DNA of 64,000 nucleotides from Alphaproteobacteria bacterium (GTDB lineage Bacteria; Pseudomonadota; Alphaproteobacteria; Micavibrionales; UBA2020): NCBI GenBank assembly GCA_027483355.1, contig JAIXUW010000292.1, positions 138,308 to 202,307 of the forward strand, read 5' to 3'. Shown piece by piece: positions 59,050 to 64,000 of this stretch (position 1 is its first letter; each line of letters starts with the position of its first letter). The notes under the pieces were generated by a model. It saw only the letters and a program-made list of their open reading frames with translations, ran no database searches and was not told where the DNA came from. The position numbers and the translations under genes were made by a program.

Positions 59050-61623
59050 TTGCCTGATGCAGTGCAGGCTCCCGAGAGTCCCCGGCGAGTAGAACCGGAA
59101 GAAGCAGGCTCGGAGGAATTTTCAGACTTGGACCGTCGTGTGTTCTTGGCTGTGGCTCCATCGGACAAGTTTGCGTTTGATATCAACGACTTTTCTGATA
59201 TCCCAAAGAAGATTTACAAGTTTGGCGTGCATGCAGCTCTCTTTGTATCTCTTGGAGGGAAATTCTCATCCGCTGCGCATCTTGCCGGCACGTTTTGGAG
59301 TCTTTCGTGCTATGCTGCGATGCCGTACTACTTTCTCCAAAACATTGAGACACGTTCTTCGGTGATTAAGAACAACCCAGCGCTGTTTGAGTTGAGTCAA
59401 CGCATTGGCTCGCGTACTGCTGGACATATGATTCTTTCCACTGCTTATCGTCGAAAGGAAATGAAGAAAGATCTGCATTCGTTCTATCAAATCGGCGATA
59501 GCTTGATGATGGAGTCGGGTAAGATTGAAAATCAGGGACGGCTTTTGAAGAGTTTGATTGAGAAGAACTATATCGACCCCTCATGCGTCGAACATTTGCT
59601 AGACGAGACGAGATACGCGGCTCTTCTTGAAGACGGTGATTCTGACATGTTGAAAGCCAGCAAAATTGCGTACGCCCGATGGCTCGAGTACATGTCGTCG
59701 CCCTTGTACGAAGTGTTTTCTACTGTCGGAAAGTTGGTTCTTGATGACGATGAAAATGCCAAAAACGAGAAGGACGCCCGCCCCGAGATCGCTCCGGTGA
59801 CTTCATTCGATCAGCTCCAGACTCGGCTCCAAGAGGAAGCGCTAAGTAATCCTCGCACTGTGGCCTCGACTCTATTCTTCCGCATGCATTCGTTTGAAAG
59901 TCCCGATTGGCGTTCTCGGCATCTCCAGCCGATGGGATCCAAGTTCAACATGAAAGCGTACGAGCCCGGCGAGCCGTATTTGCACAATCTCTTTGCTTGC
60001 CCTGAAGCTTTCTCCAAGACATTTGATCTCTGTTGGAGATTCACGCATCCGAGCGACGATGGCGCGGCGCAATTGCCCGAATCCGTGAAAGCCGAATTCA
60101 ATGTCGCCGAGTCGATTCTGGCCACTCGCTACGAGTCCGATGCCAAGTTCCTCGAAGCCAACTGCATGTTTTACGACCCTGCTGCGCTTGGAGAGCGTGC
60201 CAAGCGAGTTCCCGCTCAGGCGCCTCAAGCACGACGTGCTCCTCGACCTCCGGCCGTCATTGCACCTGTTCCTATTCTTGCTCCTGCGCCTCGTGTTGCT
60301 CAGATCGAGAATCCCGATGCAGTCGAGCTCGACGGCGTTGATATTGACGAGAACGCGACGATTGACCAGCAGTTCTTTCAGCTCGTCAGCTTTATGAACG
60401 AGGCCGCTCTTGCTGGGATCAAGATTCCCCAAGTTGTGATTGATTCTGCCTGGCAACGTATTAAGAATAGGGCGGCGCCTGTTCCGGTATATCAACCTCC
60501 GCCAGCTCGGGTTTACGAAAATGCGCCTCTTTCTCCCCTCGACAACATGCCCTTGAATCACACTGTCGAATTCGACAATGAGATTGATGTTCCTGATGTT
60601 GGTGCCCCGCAAGATGACGAGCCATCTGTACAGATTCCTAAGAAACGCTCGCGTGATTCCGACGAGTCCAGACACGATGACGGTAACGACGACGACGACG
60701 CGGATCCTATCGAATTCGACAATGATAATCGGAACGCGAATCGTCGTAGAAAGTTGAGGAAACTAGGCGAGCTCGAGAATCCCGTGATCGCGCATGTCGC
60801 TCATCGCTACCGCGCTCGATTGGTTTTGGAGGACGACGACGGTGATAATATGATGGTTGACGAGAGACCACGCAAATTTGTTCGTCGTGTAGAGGCTCCT
60901 AAACAAAGTGAGAAGGAGGACAAGAGCGAGAGTGAGAGCGAGAGCGAGAGCGACGACGCCAGTCAATCATCCAATTCTCACAGACGTGGCCGCGTTCTGA
61001 TCACTTGGAAATGCGAATTTACCGACGCCGAGCTCCGTGACATGCCCGATGAAGCAGTTTGCCTGTTCAATCTTGATGTGCCCGAGGAAGACATTGCTCG
61101 AAGCGCCAAGAGACTTGTTCGCGCCACAGGCCGCAGTGCTCGCAAGCCGTTTGGAGTCAAGAAGACCGGCCACAAGATGCATACGTATTTCAAACTAGCC
61201 GAGCATTTTGCCGGACGATTCTGCGTGATGGTCACTTCGGGCAACAGCGTGGTCAGTTGGTATCTTCTCAATCACATTTTCAGCGCCTGGTGCGCTCAGT
61301 CGGCGGCTGCAAGGCGTATTATCGACGAAAGTGGAGAACATATCGACACTAAATGCCAGGAGCTCTCTCGTGGACTCGTTCACTTTTTGACCAGAAGACT
61401 CGGTCGCGGTCTTCTCTCTGGAAACGGAGGACAGGCCAATATTGCCGGCATGCACATCTCGAACTCGTGTTATGAAAAATACGTGTACGGTCGGATCAAG
61501 GTGCCTACCAAGAAGAGTCTCAAGTGGCCATGGGCGGGCTGTTTCTACGCCGCCATTGGCGCCCTGGATCTCGAAGCCATAGATCATACATTTTACTTGC
61601 CAAAAGTACAACAACAGGATTGA
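59050..61623 (+). CDS. hypothetical acidic protein (857 aa; 5' end unresolved)
   Basis: The frame opens directly after a TAG (59047-49), and the first in-frame ATG is about 90 codons in. Candidate micro-exon ACCATGGACGCG|GTACGC at 58744-58752, or ATG at 58038-style upstream start is excluded by the TAG (ATG at 59038 followed by in-frame TAG). Contains SESESESESDD and RRRKLRKL. Confidence 0.75.
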   Translation: MPDAVQAPESPRRVEPEEAGSEEFSDLDRRVFLAVAPSDKFAFDINDFSDIPKKIYKFGVHAALFVSLGGKFSSAAHLAGTFWSLSCYAAMPYYFLQNIETRSSVIKNNPALFELSQRIGSRTAGHMILSTAYRRKEMKKDLHSFYQIGDSLMMESGKIENQGRLLKSLIEKNYIDPSCVEHLLDETRYAALLEDGDSDMLKASKIAYARWLEYMSSPLYEVFSTVGKLVLDDDENAKNEKDARPEIAPVTSFDQLQTRLQEEALSNPRTVASTLFFRMHSFESPDWRSRHLQPMGSKFNMKAYEPGEPYLHNLFACPEAFSKTFDLCWRFTHPSDDGAAQLPESVKAEFNVAESILATRYESDAKFLEANCMFYDPAALGERAKRVPAQAPQARRAPRPPAVIAPVPILAPAPRVAQIENPDAVELDGVDIDENATIDQQFFQLVSFMNEAALAGIKIPQVVIDSAWQRIKNRAAPVPVYQPPPARVYENAPLSPLDNMPLNHTVEFDNEIDVPDVGAPQDDEPSVQIPKKRSRDSDESRHDDGNDDDDADPIEFDNDNRNANRRRKLRKLGELENPVIAHVAHRYRARLVLEDDDGDNMMVDERPRKFVRRVEAPKQSEKEDKSESESESESDDASQSSNSHRRGRVLITWKCEFTDAELRDMPDEAVCLFNLDVPEEDIARSAKRLVRATGRSARKPFGVKKTGHKMHTYFKLAEHFAGRFCVMVTSGNSVVSWYLLNHIFSAWCAQSAAARRIIDESGEHIDTKCQELSRGLVHFLTRRLGRGLLSGNGGQANIAGMHISNSCYEKYVYGRIKVPTKKSLKWPWAGCFYAAIGALDLEAIDHTFYLPKVQQQD

Positions 61624-61651
61624 TGTATCTTTTTTTATATATAGTTTTACT

Positions 61652-61657
61652 TGTACA
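61652..61657. terminator. palindromic TGTACA between convergent stop codons
   Basis: Between the stops at 61621-61623 (+) and 61699-61701 (-). Confidence 0.4.
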
Positions 61658-61698
61658 TAGGACAATACACACGCGCACACACAGAGAGAGAACACAAT

Positions 61699-63387
61699 TT
61701 AGGCTTCCCAGAAGAAGGCAAGATGGTCAATCTTTCCGCCCTCGTGTGGAATGAGAATAGCAACGGTTCTCTTAGCTTTCTTGTCATTGTAAGCATCGAT
61801 CAACACGCCCTTGGGGACAATATTCGATTTGAGCTCGCTCTCAATTTCCTTTTTGGCGTCTTCGGAAACGCGCATTTTGAAAGTTCCCTTTTCAATGGGC
61901 CATTCCTTGATCGTGCCCATAGTGGCAGTGCTTGAAACGTCAGAAATAGCGAGTTCAATCTCTTTTACAAATTGACCCGTGCCGTCCAAAACTGAAAATC
62001 CTTCGGGTACAGGCCAGTACATGAGCACCATGGTCTTGGGCTTCGGTCTGATCGCACCCCTTTCTTCTTGCGAAGCTTCGGGCTCCAAATCAATCTTGTA
62101 GATTTCAACACGAGAAGTTCGAAGCTTAGACTTCTTGGTGTTCATAAACGTGCCCTTCACCGAAAGAGACCCTCCGCGAACTGTGAATGTGCCAATCATC
62201 TTTGGTCTAGGAGGCATGTATCCAGGGACTTCAAGGCCGATATCTCGTGCTTGCATAAAATCCGTGACATAGTTTTCGCGTTCGCGGAAATTGTCGTTGA
62301 GCACGCGTCGATCCCACAGCTCTAAAGAAGTTTCCAACGCCGGAGCAATGTCAAGAACAACCCTTCCGAATCTCTTTTCAGTCGAAGCATGCGAAAACTT
62401 CATCACTTGAAGATCAAGCACGCGCTCGGACTTGCCAAACATGAGGAACCTTTTCTCTTGAGCTTCGGTCTCGAAATCGCCGTATTCTGCCTCGCGATCG
62501 CGGCTGTCGTATTTGTCCATTCGAGCACGAGGAATGGTCTTGACGTTGCCCTTCAAAATGCGGTCGATTTCGGCAACAAGAGCGTCGTCGTCTGCGTCTT
62601 CCATCGTGTAAGAATAGTGGTCTGATCTGGAAGCGGGAGTCGAAGCAGTAGTAGCAGCAGCTGCGGAGCCATAATCCTCAGATCTCTTCATCATGGCGTG
62701 CTTCTTTCCACCGCCCATGTGCCACGAAGACAGATCCTTGGCTTTCTTGTCAGAATCGTCGTCGCCGCCGCCAGCAGCGGGAGAATCGTACACGCATTCA
62801 AGAGCGGCGCTTTTGTCCTCGGAGTACTCTCCGAACCCAGTGCTACGCGTTTTGGTCTTCAACTTTTCCACGTCGCGTCTTAACGCTTCGATTTCACGAG
62901 CCGCGCTCTTGCGTGTCTTGCCGTCCTCGTCCTCCTTGTCCTCCTTGTCCTCGCTCTTTTTCGAAGACGAAGAAGAAGACTTTGACTTTTTGCCACTCAC
63001 CTTATTCTTGACCCATCTAGCACCTTTCTTCAAAGCACTGCCGATTCCCTCGGTGGGAGTAGTGTCGTACTCAATATCGGCATCGTCGTCGCCAATCTCA
63101 GCCCCGTAAGCGCCCTGTCGAATACTCATTTGCATTTTTTCAATCTCTCGAGCAAGCAAATCGATTTCGGACATTCCAGGTGCAGCGGAGCTGGCTCTGC
63201 GCGCGGGCGCAGACGCAGACGGATTCTCGGGATCCCATGATGCAATCTTGTCGATTAAAAACGAGGCTGCATCTTCTCCCTCGGGAATAGAGTGCGCGTG
63301 CGCGTCGTAGAAGGCTTCAGTTGCCTTCAAGTCGTAGTCAAAGTGCTGAGCCAAAGAGGAGACGGCGAGTTCCTTTGCGTCCTCCAT
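61699..63387 (-). CDS. hypothetical protein (562 aa)
   Basis: First ATG (ctaaaaATG, MEDAKELAVSS) of a track ORF that begins at GTG. Central KSKSSSSSSKKSEDKEDKEDEDGK tract. Confidence 0.8.
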   Translation of the reverse strand: MEDAKELAVSSLAQHFDYDLKATEAFYDAHAHSIPEGEDAASFLIDKIASWDPENPSASAPARRASSAAPGMSEIDLLAREIEKMQMSIRQGAYGAEIGDDDADIEYDTTPTEGIGSALKKGARWVKNKVSGKKSKSSSSSSKKSEDKEDKEDEDGKTRKSAAREIEALRRDVEKLKTKTRSTGFGEYSEDKSAALECVYDSPAAGGGDDDSDKKAKDLSSWHMGGGKKHAMMKRSEDYGSAAAATTASTPASRSDHYSYTMEDADDDALVAEIDRILKGNVKTIPRARMDKYDSRDREAEYGDFETEAQEKRFLMFGKSERVLDLQVMKFSHASTEKRFGRVVLDIAPALETSLELWDRRVLNDNFRERENYVTDFMQARDIGLEVPGYMPPRPKMIGTFTVRGGSLSVKGTFMNTKKSKLRTSRVEIYKIDLEPEASQEERGAIRPKPKTMVLMYWPVPEGFSVLDGTGQFVKEIELAISDVSSTATMGTIKEWPIEKGTFKMRVSEDAKKEIESELKSNIVPKGVLIDAYNDKKAKRTVAILIPHEGGKIDHLAFFWEA

Positions 63388-63634
63388 TTTTAGACTCAAC
63401 ACCACTCAAAAAGGTATTTAAACGCTTGCGGAGAACAGTTAAGCCAGACACCTGCGCGGCAACCGCAGATTTATTAACTTCGGGTTTTAAGGCGCGTGGG
63501 TTTTTTCAGGCCAACAAAAATTCTCGGAGGGGTTTAATAAACTTTTTGTTTCTCTTTCCCCGCATACCTCTATTTTTTCCCCTCTTCGTTTTTTTTATAA
63601 CGAATTAGGACTGCTGACTGGCCGAGAAAAAAAA

Positions 63635-64000
63635 ATGTGGGCACAGACGCTGGCAAGCCATGTGGTGCCGAGTCCACTGCTGCAATGTCTCTTCTACGGC
63701 TTCGTGAAGCTGTGCATGGTGGACTTTGTGTACAAAGACTTTGATAACAAAGATGAATACATGCTTGACGTACCTGTGTACATGCTATTGCAGGCACTTC
63801 ACCTGAGCCTGTTTTCTGTGGGATTCTTCTTTTACGATGCCGAAAACGCGGCAGCCATGTTTCTGCTCATAGGTCTATCCAGATGCAGCAAACTGTTATC
63901 TCTTTTCATTCGCTTCAGAAAACATAATAAAGTGCTGCGAATAGAACAACAGTTGATTGATCACGGTCGACTGAATCGCAAACCAAGCCGAACCGAAGCC
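63635..64000 (+). CDS. hypothetical membrane protein, C-terminal part beyond the right window edge (122 codons seen)
   Basis: Absent from the track because it is truncated. gagaaaaaaaaaATG start. My translation (MWAQTLASHVVPSPLLQCLFYGFVKLCMVDF...LHLSLFSVGFFFY..AAMFLLIGL...) is stop-free to nt 64000. Confidence 0.65.
   Translation, partial: MWAQTLASHVVPSPLLQCLFYGFVKLCMVDFVYKDFDNKDEYMLDVPVYMLLQALHLSLFSVGFFFYDAENAAAMFLLIGLSRCSKLLSLFIRFRKHNKVLRIEQQLIDHGRLNRKPSRTEA

Noticed and set aside
1-64000. Search by eye for rRNA, tRNA, integrase/transposase, DNA polymerase, double-jelly-roll MCP and prokaryotic defence-system genes
   Set aside because: I found no supporting motifs (no GGTTCGAATCC-type T-arms, DDE/Tyr-recombinase signatures or polymerase YGDTDS-like motifs). 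Absence by eye is weak evidence and should be confirmed with profile searches.

Overview
This 64-kb window looks like part of a large dsDNA virus of a eukaryote, or an endogenous copy of one. It does not look like a bacterial locus or an ordinary cellular locus. I count about 45 protein-coding genes on both strands. Spacers run from 2 to about 250 nt, and two gene pairs share an ATGA stop/start overlap. Most products are long ORFans with acidic or Ser-rich low-complexity tracts and KRRKL-type basic clusters.

The domains I can recognise are all eukaryotic regulatory types:
- a SMYD-like SET+MYND methyltransferase
- a TBC/RabGAP
- BTB/POZ
- a C-terminal RING
- a C2H2 finger
- a Ulp1/adenain-like Cys protease
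- a GNAT-like tail
- a P-loop protein whose Walker A neighbourhood resembles terminase large subunits
- an LRR-like paralog family with 3-4 members
- blocks of secreted and membrane proteins

At least two genes carry short (68-75 nt) spliceosomal-type introns: a 5-exon membrane-anchored SAM methyltransferase and a 3-exon ORFan. Two further large ORFs have no usable ATG and may start with 3-codon micro-exons.

Three unusually long non-coding islands (17.3-18.3 kb, 19.4-19.9 kb, 57.6-59.05 kb) hold structured repeats:
- a degenerate ~340-bp tandem unit punctuated by GTGGTCTCGCGCG
- a ~190-bp imperfect palindrome with a third dispersed copy at 41.7 kb
- an hr/origin-like bidirectional cluster of (AACGT)n motifs

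Two signals recur across the window: A-runs directly before most start codons, and a palindromic TGTACA placed between convergent stop codons.

I saw no rRNA, tRNA, CRISPR array, transposase or integrase, and no classical capsid or polymerase hallmark. Taxonomic placement cannot be made from the sequence alone.
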